Shown in pieces: positions 46,235 through 60,391 of a DNA stretch of 64,000 nt. The position numbers and the translations under genes are program-made. Source of the DNA: Escherichia coli O157:H7 (GTDB lineage Bacteria; Pseudomonadota; Gammaproteobacteria; Enterobacterales; Enterobacteriaceae); NCBI RefSeq assembly GCF_013167455.1, contig NZ_CP038328.1. One strand, 5' to 3'. Under the pieces are notes generated by a model, which was not told the origin of the DNA, ran no database searches, and saw only the letters and a program-made list of their open reading frames with translations. Each line of letters opens with the position of its first letter. Position 1 is the first letter of the stretch.

Positions 46235-48057
46235 GCGCAATTTCCCTGATCAATAGCGGCGTGGCGTGGTTTGTCGCCGCCGCTGTTCTGGCATTTCTCT
46301 TTTCTTTTCAAAAGGCGCTAAGCGGCTGGATAGCCGGAATTGGCGGCGCGGTTGGTAGTCTGTATACGGCAGCCGCGGGCTTCACTGTACTGACTGGCGC
46401 GGTTGGCGTGAGCGGTGCGCTGTCGCTGGTAAGCTACGATGTGCAAATCTCTCCGCTTAACGCGATTTGGCTGATTACGCTCGGTCTGTGCGGTCTGTTT
46501 GTCAGCCTCTACAACATTGACTGGCATCGCCACGCGCAGGTGAAGTGCAACGGCTTGCAGATCAATATGTTGATGGCTGCCGCCGTCTGCGCCGTCATTG
46601 CCAGCAACCTCGGCATGTTCGTGGTAATGGCCGAAGTCATGGCCTTGTGTGCGGTGTTCCTCACCAGCAACAGCAAAGAGGGCAAACTGTGGTTTGCGCT
46701 GGGGCGTCTTGGCACTCTGCTGCTGGCGATTGCTTGCTGGCTGCTGTGGCAGCGTTACGGCACGCTGGATCTGCGCCTGCTGGATATGCGTATGCAACAG
46801 CTGCCGCTCGGTTCCGATATCTGGCTGCTCAGTGTGATTGGCTTTGGCCTGCTGGCCGGGATTATTCCGCTGCACGGCTGGGTGCCGCAGGCACATGCGA
46901 ACGCCTCTGCGCCAGCTGCCGCGTTGTTTTCTACGGTAGTCATGAAAATTGGCCTGCTGGGCATTTTAACCCTGTCACTGCTGGGCGGTAATGCACCGCT
47001 GTGGTGGGGGATCGCGCTGCTGGTGCTCGGTATGATCACCGCGTTTGTCGGCGGTCTGTATGCGTTGATGGAACATAATATCCAGCGTCTACTGGCTTAC
47101 CACACCCTGGAAAATATCGGCATTATCCTGCTGGGGCTGGGCGCTGGCGTAACGGGTATCGCGCTCGAACAACCGGCGCTGATTGCTCTTGGCCTGGTCG
47201 GTGGTCTGTACCATCTGCTTAACCATAGCCTGTTCAAAAGCGTACTGTTCCTCGGGGCGGGGAGCGTCTGGTTCCGTACCGGTCATCGCGATATCGAAAA
47301 ACTCGGTGGTATTGGCAAGAAAATGCCGGTTATCTCCATCGCTATGTTAGTCGGGCTGATGGCAATGGCTGCACTGCCGCCGCTGAACGGTTTTGCCGGG
47401 GAATGGGTTATCTATCAATCCTTCTTCAAACTGAGCAATAGTGGCGCGTTTGTTGCCCGTCTGCTGGGGCCGCTGCTCGCTGTGGGTCTGGCAATTACCG
47501 GTGCGCTGGCGGTGATGTGTATGGCGAAAGTCTATGGCGTCACGTTCCTCGGCGCGCCGCGTACCAAAGAAGCCGAAAACGCCACCTGTGCACCGCTCCT
47601 GATGAGCGTAAGCGTAGTGGCACTGGCGATTTGCTGCGTAATTGGCGGTGTTGCTGCGCCGTGGCTGCTGCCGATGCTCTCTGCTGCTGTACCTCTGCCG
47701 CTGGAACCTGCTAACACCACCGTTTCTCAACCGATGATCACGTTGCTGCTGATTGCCTGCCCGCTGCTGCCATTCATCATTATGGCGATTTGCAAAGGCG
47801 ATCGTTTGCCATCGCGTTCCCGCGGCGCGGCCTGGGTGTGCGGCTACGACCATGAAAAATCAATGGTAATTACCGCCCACGGTTTTGCCATGCCGGTGAA
47901 ACAGGCGTTTGCGCCGGTGCTGAAACTGCGCAAATGGCTGAATCCGGTGTCGCTGGTGCCGGGCTGGCAGTGCGAAGGCAGTGCGTTGCTGTTCCGCCGG
48001 ATGGCGCTGGTTGAACTGGCGGTGCTGGTGGTGATTATTGTTTCACGAGGAGCCTGA
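46231..48057 (+). CDS. hycC: formate hydrogenlyase membrane subunit HycC
   Basis: 608-aa hydrophobic ORF. Confidence 0.9.
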   Translation: MSAISLINSGVAWFVAAAVLAFLFSFQKALSGWIAGIGGAVGSLYTAAAGFTVLTGAVGVSGALSLVSYDVQISPLNAIWLITLGLCGLFVSLYNIDWHRHAQVKCNGLQINMLMAAAVCAVIASNLGMFVVMAEVMALCAVFLTSNSKEGKLWFALGRLGTLLLAIACWLLWQRYGTLDLRLLDMRMQQLPLGSDIWLLSVIGFGLLAGIIPLHGWVPQAHANASAPAAALFSTVVMKIGLLGILTLSLLGGNAPLWWGIALLVLGMITAFVGGLYALMEHNIQRLLAYHTLENIGIILLGLGAGVTGIALEQPALIALGLVGGLYHLLNHSLFKSVLFLGAGSVWFRTGHRDIEKLGGIGKKMPVISIAMLVGLMAMAALPPLNGFAGEWVIYQSFFKLSNSGAFVARLLGPLLAVGLAITGALAVMCMAKVYGVTFLGAPRTKEAENATCAPLLMSVSVVALAICCVIGGVAAPWLLPMLSAAVPLPLEPANTTVSQPMITLLLIACPLLPFIIMAICKGDRLPSRSRGAAWVCGYDHEKSMVITAHGFAMPVKQAFAPVLKLRKWLNPVSLVPGWQCEGSALLFRRMALVELAVLVVIIVSRGA

Positions 48058-48059
48058 GA

Positions 48060-48983
48060 ATGAGTGTTTTATATCCGTTAATTCAGGCGCTGGTGCTATT
48101 TGCCGTTGCGCCGCTGCTCTCCGGTATTACCCGCGTGGCGCGCGCCCGCTTGCATAACCGTCGCGGGCCGGGCGTGTTGCAGGAGTATCGCGACATTATC
48201 AAACTGCTGGGTCGCCAGAGCGTTGGCCCGGATGCCTCCGGCTGGGTGTTCCGCCTGACGCCGTATGTGATGGTGGGCGTCATGCTGACTATCGCTACTG
48301 CGCTGCCGGTGGTGACCGTCGGTTCTCCGCTGCCGCAACTGGGTGATTTGATCACCTTACTGTATCTCTTTGCCATCGCGCGTTTCTTCTTTGCCATTTC
48401 TGGTCTGGATACCGGTAGTCCGTTTACCGCTATCGGCGCGAGCCGTGAAGCGATGCTTGGCGTGCTGGTCGAACCGATGCTGCTGCTTGGTCTGTGGGTT
48501 GCCGCACAGGTTGCCAGTTCCACCAACATCAGCAACATCACCGACACCGTTTATCACTGGCCGCTGAGCCAGAGCATCCCGCTGGTGCTGGCGCTTTGTG
48601 CCTGTGCGTTCGCCACTTTTATCGAAATGGGCAAACTGCCGTTCGACCTGGCGGAAGCCGAGCAGGAGTTGCAGGAAGGTCCGCTCTCTGAGTACAGCGG
48701 CAGCGGCTTTGGCGTCATGAAATGGGGTATCAGCCTGAAACAGTTGGTGGTGCTGCAGATGTTCGTCGGGGTGTTTATTCCGTGGGGACAAATGGAAACC
48801 TTCACCGTCGGTGGGCTGCTGCTGGCGTTGGTGATTGCCATCGTCAAACTGGTGGTCGGCGTCCTGGTTATCGCGCTGTTCGAAAACAGCATGGCCCGTC
48901 TGCGTCTTGATATTACTCCGCGCATTACCTGGGCTGGGTTTGGCTTTGCATTTTTAGCGTTCGTCTCCTTGCTGGCGGCGTGA
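48060..48983 (+). CDS. hycD: formate hydrogenlyase membrane subunit HycD
   Basis: 307-aa hydrophobic ORF. Confidence 0.9.
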   Translation: MSVLYPLIQALVLFAVAPLLSGITRVARARLHNRRGPGVLQEYRDIIKLLGRQSVGPDASGWVFRLTPYVMVGVMLTIATALPVVTVGSPLPQLGDLITLLYLFAIARFFFAISGLDTGSPFTAIGASREAMLGVLVEPMLLLGLWVAAQVASSTNISNITDTVYHWPLSQSIPLVLALCACAFATFIEMGKLPFDLAEAEQELQEGPLSEYSGSGFGVMKWGISLKQLVVLQMFVGVFIPWGQMETFTVGGLLLALVIAIVKLVVGVLVIALFENSMARLRLDITPRITWAGFGFAFLAFVSLLAA

Positions 48984-49000
48984 TTAAAGAGAGTTTGAGC

Positions 49001-50710
49001 ATGTCTGAAGAAAAATTAGGTCAACATTATCTCGCCGCGCTGAATGAGGCATTTCCGGGCGTCGTGCTGGACCACGCCTGGCAGACCAAAGATCAGCTGA
49101 CTGTCACCGTAAAGGTGAACTATCTGCCGGAAGTGGTGGAGTTTCTCTACTACAAGCAGGGGGGCTGGCTGTCGGTGCTTTTTGGTAACGACGAACGCAA
49201 ACTGAATGGTCATTACGCCGTTTACTACGTGCTGTCGATGGAGAAGGGGACTAAGTGCTGGGTAACGGTTCGCGTCGAAGTTGATGCCAACAAACCGGAG
49301 TATCCTTCCGTGACGCCGCGCGTTCCGGCTGCGGTGTGGGGCGAGCGTGAAGTACGTGATATGTACGGTTTGATTCCGGTTGGTTTGCCGGATGAACGTC
49401 GTCTGGTGCTGCCGGATGACTGGCCGGATGAACTTTATCCGCTGCGTAAAGACAGCATGGATTATCGTCAGCGTCCGGCACCGACCACCGATGCTGAAAC
49501 CTACGAGTTCATCAACGAACTGGGCGACAAGAAAAACAACGTCGTGCCGATTGGTCCGCTGCACGTCACTTCTGACGAACCGGGCCACTTCCGTCTGTTC
49601 GTCGATGGCGAAAACATTATCGACGCCGACTACCGCCTGTTCTATGTCCATCGCGGCATGGAAAAACTGGCAGAAACCCGCATGGGTTATAACGAAGTGA
49701 CCTTCCTCTCTGACCGTGTGTGCGGGATCTGCGGTTTTGCTCACAGCACCGCCTACACCACGTCGGTGGAAAACGCGATGGGTATTCAGGTGCCAGAACG
49801 TGCGCAGATGATCCGCGCCATTCTGCTGGAGGTAGAACGTCTGCACTCGCATCTGCTCAACCTCGGCCTCGCCTGTCACTTTACCGGCTTTGACTCCGGC
49901 TTTATGCAGTTCTTCCGCGTGCGTGAAACCTCCATGAAAATGGCAGAGATCCTTACCGGTGCGCGTAAAACCTACGGCCTGAACCTGATCGGCGGGATTC
50001 GTCGCGATCTGCTGAAAGATGACATGATCCAGACCCGTCAACTGGCGCAACAGATGCGTCGTGAAGTGCAGGAGCTGGTGGATGTGCTGCTGAGTACGCC
50101 GAACATGGAACAGCGCACTGTCGGCATTGGTCGTCTGGACCCGGAAATCGCTCGCGACTTCAGTAACGTCGGCCCGATGGTCCGTGCCAGCGGTCACGCC
50201 CGCGATACCCGCGCCGATCACCCGTTTGTTGGTTATGGCCTGCTGCCAATGGAAGTCCACAGCGAGCAGGGCTGCGACGTTATTTCGCGTCTGAAAGTGC
50301 GTATTAACGAAGTCTATACCGCGCTGAACATGATCGACTACGGTCTGGATAACCTGCCGGGCGGCCCGCTGATGGTGGAAGGCTTTACCTACATTCCGCA
50401 CCGTTTTGCGCTGGGCTTTGCCGAAGCGCCGCGCGGCGATGATATCCACTGGAGCATGACCGGCGACAACCAGAAGCTGTACCGCTGGCGCTGCCGTGCC
50501 GCGACCTACGCGAACTGGCCGACCCTGCGCTACATGCTGCGCGGCAACACCGTTTCTGATGCGCCGCTGATTATCGGTAGTCTGGACCCTTGCTACTCCT
50601 GTACCGACCGCATGACCGTGGTCGATGTGCGTAAGAAAAAGAGCAAAGTGGTGCCGTACAAAGAACTCGAGCGTTACAGCATTGAGCGTAAAAACTCGCC
50701 GCTGAAATAA
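49001..50710 (+). CDS. hycE: hydrogenase 3 [NiFe] large subunit HycE
   Basis: ORF 48980..50710; ATG 49001 giving 569 aa. Confidence 0.9.
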   Translation: MSEEKLGQHYLAALNEAFPGVVLDHAWQTKDQLTVTVKVNYLPEVVEFLYYKQGGWLSVLFGNDERKLNGHYAVYYVLSMEKGTKCWVTVRVEVDANKPEYPSVTPRVPAAVWGEREVRDMYGLIPVGLPDERRLVLPDDWPDELYPLRKDSMDYRQRPAPTTDAETYEFINELGDKKNNVVPIGPLHVTSDEPGHFRLFVDGENIIDADYRLFYVHRGMEKLAETRMGYNEVTFLSDRVCGICGFAHSTAYTTSVENAMGIQVPERAQMIRAILLEVERLHSHLLNLGLACHFTGFDSGFMQFFRVRETSMKMAEILTGARKTYGLNLIGGIRRDLLKDDMIQTRQLAQQMRREVQELVDVLLSTPNMEQRTVGIGRLDPEIARDFSNVGPMVRASGHARDTRADHPFVGYGLLPMEVHSEQGCDVISRLKVRINEVYTALNMIDYGLDNLPGGPLMVEGFTYIPHRFALGFAEAPRGDDIHWSMTGDNQKLYRWRCRAATYANWPTLRYMLRGNTVSDAPLIIGSLDPCYSCTDRMTVVDVRKKKSKVVPYKELERYSIERKNSPLK

Positions 50711-50719
50711 GGAATCGCC

Positions 50720-51262
50720 ATGTTTACCTTTATCAAAAAAGTCATCAAAACCGGCACGGCGACCTCGTCTTATCCGCTGGAACCGATTGCGGTTGATAAA
50801 AACTTCCGTGGTAAGCCAGAGCAGAACCCGCAGCAGTGCATCGGCTGCGCGGCCTGCGTCAATGCCTGCCCGTCAAACGCCTTAACGGTTGAAACTGACC
50901 TCGCCACCGGTGAGCTGGCGTGGGAGTTCAATCTCGGGCGCTGCATCTTCTGCGGACGCTGCGAAGAAGTCTGCCCGACGGCGGCAATCAAACTGTCGCA
51001 AGAGTACGAACTGGCGGTGTGGAAGAAAGAAGACTTCCTGCAACAGTCCCGCTTCGCGCTGTGCAACTGCCGCGTCTGCAATCGTCCTTTCGCCGTCCAG
51101 AAAGAGATCGACTACGCCATTGCGCTGCTTAAGCACAATGGCGACAGCCGCGCGGAAAACCACCGCGAAAGCTTTGAGACTTGCCCGGAATGTAAGCGCC
51201 AGAAATGCCTGGTGCCGTCCGACCGTATTGAACTGACTCGCCATATGAAAGAGGCCATCTGA
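50720..51262 (+). CDS. hycF: formate hydrogenlyase Fe-S subunit HycF
   Basis: 180-aa ORF; two CxxCxxCxxxCP motifs. Confidence 0.9.
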   Translation: MFTFIKKVIKTGTATSSYPLEPIAVDKNFRGKPEQNPQQCIGCAACVNACPSNALTVETDLATGELAWEFNLGRCIFCGRCEEVCPTAAIKLSQEYELAVWKKEDFLQQSRFALCNCRVCNRPFAVQKEIDYAIALLKHNGDSRAENHRESFETCPECKRQKCLVPSDRIELTRHMKEAI

Positions 51263-52029
51263 TGAGCAATTTATTAGGCCCCCGTGACGCCAACGGCATT
51301 CCGGTCCCGATGACGGTGGATGAATCCATCGCCAGCATGAAGGCGTCGTTACTGAAAAAAATCAAACGTTCTGCCTACGTTTACCGCGTGGACTGCGGCG
51401 GCTGCAACGGCTGCGAAATCGAAATTTTCGCCACTTTGTCGCCGCTGTTCGATGCAGAACGCTTCGGCATTAAAGTCGTTCCTTCACCGCGTCATGCGGA
51501 TATTTTACTGTTTACCGGCGCGGTCACCCGTGCAATGCGATCCCCTGCGCTGCGTGCGTGGCAGTCCGCGCCGGACCCGAAAATTTGTATCTCCTACGGT
51601 GCCTGCGGTAACAGCGGCGGGATCTTCCACGATCTCTACTGCGTGTGGGGCGGTACGGATAAAATCGTCCCGGTGGATGTTTATATCCCTGGCTGCCCGC
51701 CAACGCCAGCCGCCACGCTGTACGGCTTTGCAATGGCGCTCGGCCTGCTGGAGCAGAAAATTCACGCCCGTGGGCCGGGTGAGCAGGATGAACAACCGGC
51801 GGAGATCCTGCATGGCGATATGGTGCAGCCGCTGCGTGTGAAAGTGGATCGCGAAGCACGTCGACTGGCGGGTTATCGTTACGGTCGTCAGATTGCCGAT
51901 GATTACCTTACACAGTTAGGGCAGGGCGAAGAACAGGTTGCACGCTGGCTGGAAGCGGAAAACGATCCGCGTCTGAACGAGATTGTCAGCCATCTGAATC
52001 ATGTTGTTGAAGAGGCGCGTATCCGATGA
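51262..52029 (+). CDS. hycG: hydrogenase 3 small subunit HycG
   Basis: 255-aa ORF. Confidence 0.9.
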   Translation: MSNLLGPRDANGIPVPMTVDESIASMKASLLKKIKRSAYVYRVDCGGCNGCEIEIFATLSPLFDAERFGIKVVPSPRHADILLFTGAVTRAMRSPALRAWQSAPDPKICISYGACGNSGGIFHDLYCVWGGTDKIVPVDVYIPGCPPTPAATLYGFAMALGLLEQKIHARGPGEQDEQPAEILHGDMVQPLRVKVDREARRLAGYRYGRQIADDYLTQLGQGEEQVARWLEAENDPRLNEIVSHLNHVVEEARIR

Positions 52030-52436
52030 GTGAAAAGGTGGTGTTCAGTCAACTGAGCCGTAAATTTATTGATGAGAACGATGCCACGCCCGCCGAGGCG
52101 CAGCAGGTGGTCTATTACAGCCTGGCGATTGGTCACCACCTTGGGGTTATCGATTGCCTGGAAGCGGCGCTCACCTGCCCGTGGGATGAATATCTGGCAT
52201 GGATTGCCACTCTGGAGGCGGGCAGCGAAGCCCGCCGCAAAATGGAAGGTGTGCCGAAATATGGTGAGATCGTCATCGACATTAACCATGTGCCGATGCT
52301 GGCCAATGCATTCGATAAAGCCCGGGCAGCGCAAACTTCGCAGCAGCAGGAATGGAGTACAATGCTGTTAAGTATGCTGCATGATATTCATCAGGAAAAC
52401 GCCATCTATTTGATGGTGAGGAGACTGCGTGACTGA
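52026..52436 (+). CDS. hycH: formate hydrogenlyase maturation protein HycH
   Basis: 136-aa ORF. Confidence 0.85.
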   Translation: MSEKVVFSQLSRKFIDENDATPAEAQQVVYYSLAIGHHLGVIDCLEAALTCPWDEYLAWIATLEAGSEARRKMEGVPKYGEIVIDINHVPMLANAFDKARAAQTSQQQEWSTMLLSMLHDIHQENAIYLMVRRLRD

Positions 52437-52899
52437 CGTTTTACTCTGTGTTGGCAATAGCATGATGGGTGATGATGGCGCAGGTCCGCTGCTGGCGGAA
52501 AAGTGCGCCGCCGCGCCGAAAGGTAACTGGGTGGTGATTGACGGCGGTAGCGCACCGGAAAACGACATTGTCGCTATCCGCGAACTGCGCCCGACACGGC
52601 TGCTGATTGTCGACGCCACGGATATGGGGCTAAACCCCGGCGAAATCCGCATCATCGACCCGGATGATATCGCCGAGATGTTTATGATGACTACCCATAA
52701 CATGCCGTTGAACTACCTTATCGATCAGTTGAAAGAAGATATTGGCGAAGTGATTTTCCTCGGCATCCAGCCGGATATCGTCGGCTTTTACTACCCGATG
52801 ACCCAGCCGATTAAAGATGCGGTAGAAACCGTTTATCAACGACTGGAAGGCTGGGAAGGGAACGGCGGCTTCGCGCAGTTAGCGGTGGAAGAAGAGTAG
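52429..52899 (+). CDS. hycI: hydrogenase 3 maturation endopeptidase HycI
   Basis: 156-aa ORF. Confidence 0.85.
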   Translation: MTDVLLCVGNSMMGDDGAGPLLAEKCAAAPKGNWVVIDGGSAPENDIVAIRELRPTRLLIVDATDMGLNPGEIRIIDPDDIAEMFMMTTHNMPLNYLIDQLKEDIGEVIFLGIQPDIVGFYYPMTQPIKDAVETVYQRLEGWEGNGGFAQLAVEEE

Positions 52900-53022
52900 T
52901 TTTTCAATAAGTAATCAGGACAGGGATGTTCTTGATGAGGGAATCAGAACTGATAGCAAACCCCAGATTGCCCGATGCGCAACGCTTATCGGGCCTTCCT
53001 GGTTAGTGCGACAGTAGGTTAC

Positions 53023-55913
<2,891 letters not shown>

Positions 55914-55998
55914 CGGATTTTATCCTGTTATCAGTAGGGAAGATGTAGTTGTTATCAGTCGACGTGACGGAAAAATGCCGATGCTGAAACGGAATTAA

Positions 55999-56010
55999 GA
56001 AACCGGTTTC
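55999..56010. promoter_or_regulatory. palindrome GAAACCGGTTTC, candidate AscG operator (second imperfect copy at 56073..56086)
   Basis: 12-bp perfect palindrome with central CCGG in ascF-ascG divergent region; related tgtgaaaccggtcacc 70 bp away. Confidence 0.5.
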
Positions 56011-56169
56011 ACAAAATCATGAATAGTTGTAACCAAATGAGCAAGAGAGTTAATTGTTCATTTTTTATATTTGTGAAACCGGTCACCTGAATATTTTTCC
56101 CGCCGATTGCGCAAGGACAATCGGTAAACGGTGCAGTACACTGCGTTGATTGCGTGTAAAGGGATGAAA

Positions 56170-57183
56170 ATGATGACGACGATGCTGGAAGTGGCGAAGC
56201 GCGCCGGGGTTTCAAAAGCGACCGTTTCCCGCGTGCTTTCAGGTAATGGCTACGTCAGCCAGGAGACTAAAGATCGCGTGTTTCAGGCGGTAGAAGAGAG
56301 CGGTTACCGTCCAAACTTGCTGGCGCGCAATCTGTCGGCGAAAAGTACCCAGACGCTGGGGCTGGTAGTGACTAACACGCTTTACCACGGCATTTATTTT
56401 AGTGAATTACTGTTTCATGCCGCGCGAATGGCGGAAGAGAAAGGGCGGCAGTTGCTATTGGCAGATGGTAAACACAGCGCCGAAGAAGAGCGCCAGGCGA
56501 TTCAGTATCTGCTGGATTTGCGCTGCGACGCCATTATGATTTACCCGCGTTTTTTAAGTGTGGATGAGATCGATGACATCATTGACGCGCACAGTCAGCC
56601 GATAATGGTGCTTAATCGCCGCCTGCGCAAAAATAGCAGCCATAGCGTCTGGTGCGATCATAAACAGACCAGCTTTAACGCCGTGGCAGAGTTGATAAAC
56701 GCCGGGCATCAGGAGATTGCTTTTCTTACCGGCTCGATGGATTCCCCCACCAGCGTTGAACGTCTTGCCGGATATAAAGACGCGCTGGCGCAGCATGGTA
56801 TTGCGCTCAATGAAAAACTTATCGCTAACGGTAAATGGACGCCCGCCAGCGGGGCCGAAGGGGTAGAAACGTTGCTCGAACGTGGGGCTAAATTTAGCGC
56901 GTTAGTTGCCAGTAACGACGATATGGCGATAGGTGCGATGAAAGCGTTACACAAGCGCGGCGTAGCGGTGCCAGAGCAGGTGTCAGTTATCGGATTCGAT
57001 GATATCGCAATTGCCCCCTATATCGTTCCGGCGCTCTCCAGCGTAAAAATTCCGGTGACTGAGATGATTCAGGAAATTATTGGACGGCTGATTTTTATGC
57101 TCGATGGCGGGGATTTCTCACCGCCGAAAACCTTCAGCGGAAAACTGATCCGCCGCGACTCACTCATTGCTCTTTCGCGATAA
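56170..57183 (+). CDS. ascG: LacI-family repressor AscG
   Basis: ORF 56131..57183; start near MMTTMLEVAKRAGVSKATVSRVL giving about 337 aa; intact. Confidence 0.85.
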   Translation: MMTTMLEVAKRAGVSKATVSRVLSGNGYVSQETKDRVFQAVEESGYRPNLLARNLSAKSTQTLGLVVTNTLYHGIYFSELLFHAARMAEEKGRQLLLADGKHSAEEERQAIQYLLDLRCDAIMIYPRFLSVDEIDDIIDAHSQPIMVLNRRLRKNSSHSVWCDHKQTSFNAVAELINAGHQEIAFLTGSMDSPTSVERLAGYKDALAQHGIALNEKLIANGKWTPASGAEGVETLLERGAKFSALVASNDDMAIGAMKALHKRGVAVPEQVSVIGFDDIAIAPYIVPALSSVKIPVTEMIQEIIGRLIFMLDGGDFSPPKTFSGKLIRRDSLIALSR

Positions 57184-57196
57184 ACATTGTCATCAC

Positions 57197-57231
57197 ATGT
57201 CATCGTCACTAGTGTCGATGACATCTTTTTT
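57197..57231 (+). terminator. rho-independent terminator after ascG
   Basis: atgtcatcg/cgatgacat stem followed by CTTTTTT. Confidence 0.75.
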
Positions 57232-57331
57232 CCTGCATTACAGAAATTAATTTCCTTAAATAACAGCAAATTAAAAACTGGCATGATTTGTGAATGTATC
57301 GGCGCATTAACTGTCATTGCTGGAGAATTTG

Positions 57332-57859
57332 ATGAACCGTTTCATCATTGCTGACGCGAGTAAATGTATTGGTTGCCGTACCTGTGAAGTGGCGTGCGTG
57401 GTTTCTCATCAGGAAAATCAGGACTGTGCATCGCTGACCCCGGAAACATTTTTACCGCGTATCCATGTCATTAAAGGTGTGAACATTTCCACGGCGACAG
57501 TTTGCCGTCAGTGTGAAGATGCACCGTGCGCTAACGTCTGCCCGAATGGTGCTATCAGCCGTGATAAAGGGTTTGTTCATGTGATGCAGGAACGTTGCAT
57601 TGGTTGCAAAACCTGCGTTGTGGCTTGCCCGTATGGCGCGATGGAAGTGGTGGTACGTCCGGTGATTCGCAACAGCGGCGCAGGGCTGAATGTACGGGCT
57701 GACAAAGCCGAAGCCAATAAATGCGACCTGTGCAACCATCGTGAAGACGGCCCGGCGTGTATGGCGGCTTGCCCGACCCATGCGCTAATTTGTGTCGATC
57801 GCAATAAACTTGAACAACTGAGCGCAGAAAAACGCCGCCGTACGGCGCTGATGTTCTAA
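57332..57859 (+). CDS. hydN: Fe-S electron transport protein HydN
   Basis: ORF 57317..57859; ATG 57332 giving 175 aa; multiple 4Fe-4S motifs. Confidence 0.85.
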   Translation: MNRFIIADASKCIGCRTCEVACVVSHQENQDCASLTPETFLPRIHVIKGVNISTATVCRQCEDAPCANVCPNGAISRDKGFVHVMQERCIGCKTCVVACPYGAMEVVVRPVIRNSGAGLNVRADKAEANKCDLCNHREDGPACMAACPTHALICVDRNKLEQLSAEKRRRTALMF

Positions 57860-58011
57860 AAATCTTACAGAACTGTTCTGGCATCAAAGGAATTCCCGGA
57901 AATATTCGTAGAATACGGAGCGGGCGGTATCGCCGACCTGTGACTGCCGGATGCGACGCTGTCGTGTCCGGCTGGACGGGTTACGCAATTCATGATGGCG
58001 GGAATAACTCA

Positions 58012-60264
58012 ATGGCAAAAAACACATCTTGCGGTGTCCAACTGCGTATTCGAGGCAAAGTGCAGGGCGTCGGTTTTCGTCCGTTTGTCTGGCAGCTGGC
58101 ACAGCAATTAAATCTTCACGGCGATGTCTGTAATGACGGCGATGGCGTAGAAGTCCGGCTGCTGGAAGACCCGGAAACGTTTCTTGTTCAATTGCATCAG
58201 CACTGCCCGCCGCTGGCGCGTATTGATAGCGTTGAGCGTGAACCGTTTATCTGGTCACAACTGCCCACTGAGTTCACCATCCGCCAGAGCGCGGGCGGCG
58301 CCATGAATACGCAAATTGTTCCCGATGCCGCCACTTGCCCTGCTTGCCTTGCCGAAATGAATACCCCAGGCGAACGGCGTTATCGTTATCCATTTATCAA
58401 CTGTACCCACTGCGGCCCGCGCTTCACCATTATTCGCGCCATGCCTTACGATCGCCCGTTTACCGTGATGGCGGCGTTTCCGCTGTGTCCAGCCTGTGAT
58501 AAAGAGTACCGCGACCCGCTCGATCGTCGCTTCCACGCCCAGCCGGTGGCCTGCCCGGAGTGTGGCCCGTATCTTGAATGGGTAAGTCATGGTGAACATG
58601 CAGAACAAGAGGCGGCATTACAGGCGGCTATCGCACAGTTAAAAATGGGCAACATTGTCGCCATCAAAGGGATTGGCGGATTTCATCTTGCCTGCGATGC
58701 ACGTAACAGTAACGCGGTGGCGACACTTCGGGCGCGCAAACATCGCCCGGCGAAACCGCTGGCAGTCATGTTGCCAGTGGCTGACGGTTTACCAGACGCT
58801 GCGCGCCAGTTGCTTACCACGCCCGCCGCGCCGATTGTGCTGGTGGATAAAAAATACGTTCCTGAGCTTTGTGATGATATCGCCCCTGGCCTTAACGAAG
58901 TCGGGGTAATGTTGCCTGCGAATCCGCTTCAGCATTTGCTGTTACAGGAACTACAATGCCCGCTGGTGATGACCTCTGGCAACCTGAGCGGTAAACCACC
59001 GGCTATCAGCAACGAACAGGCGCTGGAGGATTTGCAGGGCATTGCCGACGGATTCTTAATACACAACCGCGACATTGTGCAGCGGATGGATGATTCGGTG
59101 GTGCGCGAAAGCGGCGAAATGCTGCGCCGTTCGCGGGGGTATGTGCCGGATGCGCTGGCTTTGCCTCCGGGCTTTAAAAATGTTCCGCCTGTACTGTGTC
59201 TCGGCGCGGATCTGAAAAATACCTTCTGCCTGGTGCGCGGTGAACAAGTGGTGTTGAGCCAGCATCTGGGCGATTTAAGTGACGATGGCATCCAGACGCA
59301 GTGGCGCGAAGCGTTACGCCTGATGCAAAACATCTACAATTTCACTCCGCAATACGTTGTGCATGACGCACATCCGGGCTATGTCTCCTGCCAGTGGGCG
59401 AGCGAAATGAATCTGCCGACGCAAACGGTGCTGCATCATCATGCCCACGCAGCGGCGTGTCTGGCAGAGCATCAGTGGCCGCTGGATGGCGGTGATGTCA
59501 TTGCTTTGACGCTCGACGGTATCGGTATGGGGGAGAATGGCGCTTTGTGGGGCGGCGAGTGCCTGCGGGTGAACTATCGCGAATGTGAGCACCTGGGCGG
59601 CTTGCCTGCAGTGGCGCTTCCGGGTGGCGATTTGGCGGCGAAGCAGCCGTGGCGTAACCTGCTGGCGCAGTGCCTGCGCTTTGTGCCGGAGTGGCAGAAT
59701 TACCCTGAAACGGCAAGTGTGCAACAGCAAAACTGGAGCGTACTGGCGCGGGCCATTGAGCGTGGAATTAACGCGCCGCTGGCGTCATCGTGTGGGCGTT
59801 TGTTCGATGCTGTGGCGGCGGCACTGGGCTGTGCGCCAGCCACGTTAAGTTATGAAGGTGAAGCGGCTTGTGCTCTGGAGGCGCTAGCAGCCTCATGCGA
59901 CGGAGTGACGCATCCGGTGACGATGCCGCGGGTGGACAATCAACTGGATCTCGCCACTTTCTGGCAGCAGTGGCTGAACTGGCAGGCACCGGTTAATCAA
60001 CGCGCGTGGGCGTTTCATGATGCGCTGGCGCAGGGTTTTGCCGCGTTGATGCGTGAGCAGGCCACGATGCGTGGTATCACTACGCTGGTATTTAGCGGCG
60101 GGGTTATTCATAACCGTTTGCTGCGTGCACGTCTGGCGCATTATCTCGCTGATTTCACATTGCTGTTTCCACAGAGTTTACCGGCGGGTGATGGCGGTTT
60201 GTCTCTGGGGCAGGGGGTTATTGCTGCGGCGCGTTGGTTAGCGGGTGAAGTCCAGAACGGATAA
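58012..60264 (+). CDS. hypF: carbamoyltransferase HypF
   Basis: ORF 57940..60264; ATG 58012 giving 750 aa; acylphosphatase, two zinc fingers, YrdC and Kae1 regions. Confidence 0.9.
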   Translation: MAKNTSCGVQLRIRGKVQGVGFRPFVWQLAQQLNLHGDVCNDGDGVEVRLLEDPETFLVQLHQHCPPLARIDSVEREPFIWSQLPTEFTIRQSAGGAMNTQIVPDAATCPACLAEMNTPGERRYRYPFINCTHCGPRFTIIRAMPYDRPFTVMAAFPLCPACDKEYRDPLDRRFHAQPVACPECGPYLEWVSHGEHAEQEAALQAAIAQLKMGNIVAIKGIGGFHLACDARNSNAVATLRARKHRPAKPLAVMLPVADGLPDAARQLLTTPAAPIVLVDKKYVPELCDDIAPGLNEVGVMLPANPLQHLLLQELQCPLVMTSGNLSGKPPAISNEQALEDLQGIADGFLIHNRDIVQRMDDSVVRESGEMLRRSRGYVPDALALPPGFKNVPPVLCLGADLKNTFCLVRGEQVVLSQHLGDLSDDGIQTQWREALRLMQNIYNFTPQYVVHDAHPGYVSCQWASEMNLPTQTVLHHHAHAAACLAEHQWPLDGGDVIALTLDGIGMGENGALWGGECLRVNYRECEHLGGLPAVALPGGDLAAKQPWRNLLAQCLRFVPEWQNYPETASVQQQNWSVLARAIERGINAPLASSCGRLFDAVAAALGCAPATLSYEGEAACALEALAASCDGVTHPVTMPRVDNQLDLATFWQQWLNWQAPVNQRAWAFHDALAQGFAALMREQATMRGITTLVFSGGVIHNRLLRARLAHYLADFTLLFPQSLPAGDGGLSLGQGVIAAARWLAGEVQNG

Positions 60265-60288
60265 AACGTGTTGCATTTGGACACCATT

Positions 60289-60373
<85 letters not shown>

Positions 60374-60391
60374 TTAGGCACAGTAGCCCAC

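Noticed and set aside
45743-46240. 165-aa and 140-aa minus-strand ORFs inside hycB
   Set aside because: Antisense to the ferredoxin-like hycB frame; Cys-rich genes often give open antisense frames.
49016-50449. 477-aa minus-strand ORF inside hycE
   Set aside because: Antisense shadow ORF of the hydrogenase large subunit gene; no independent support.
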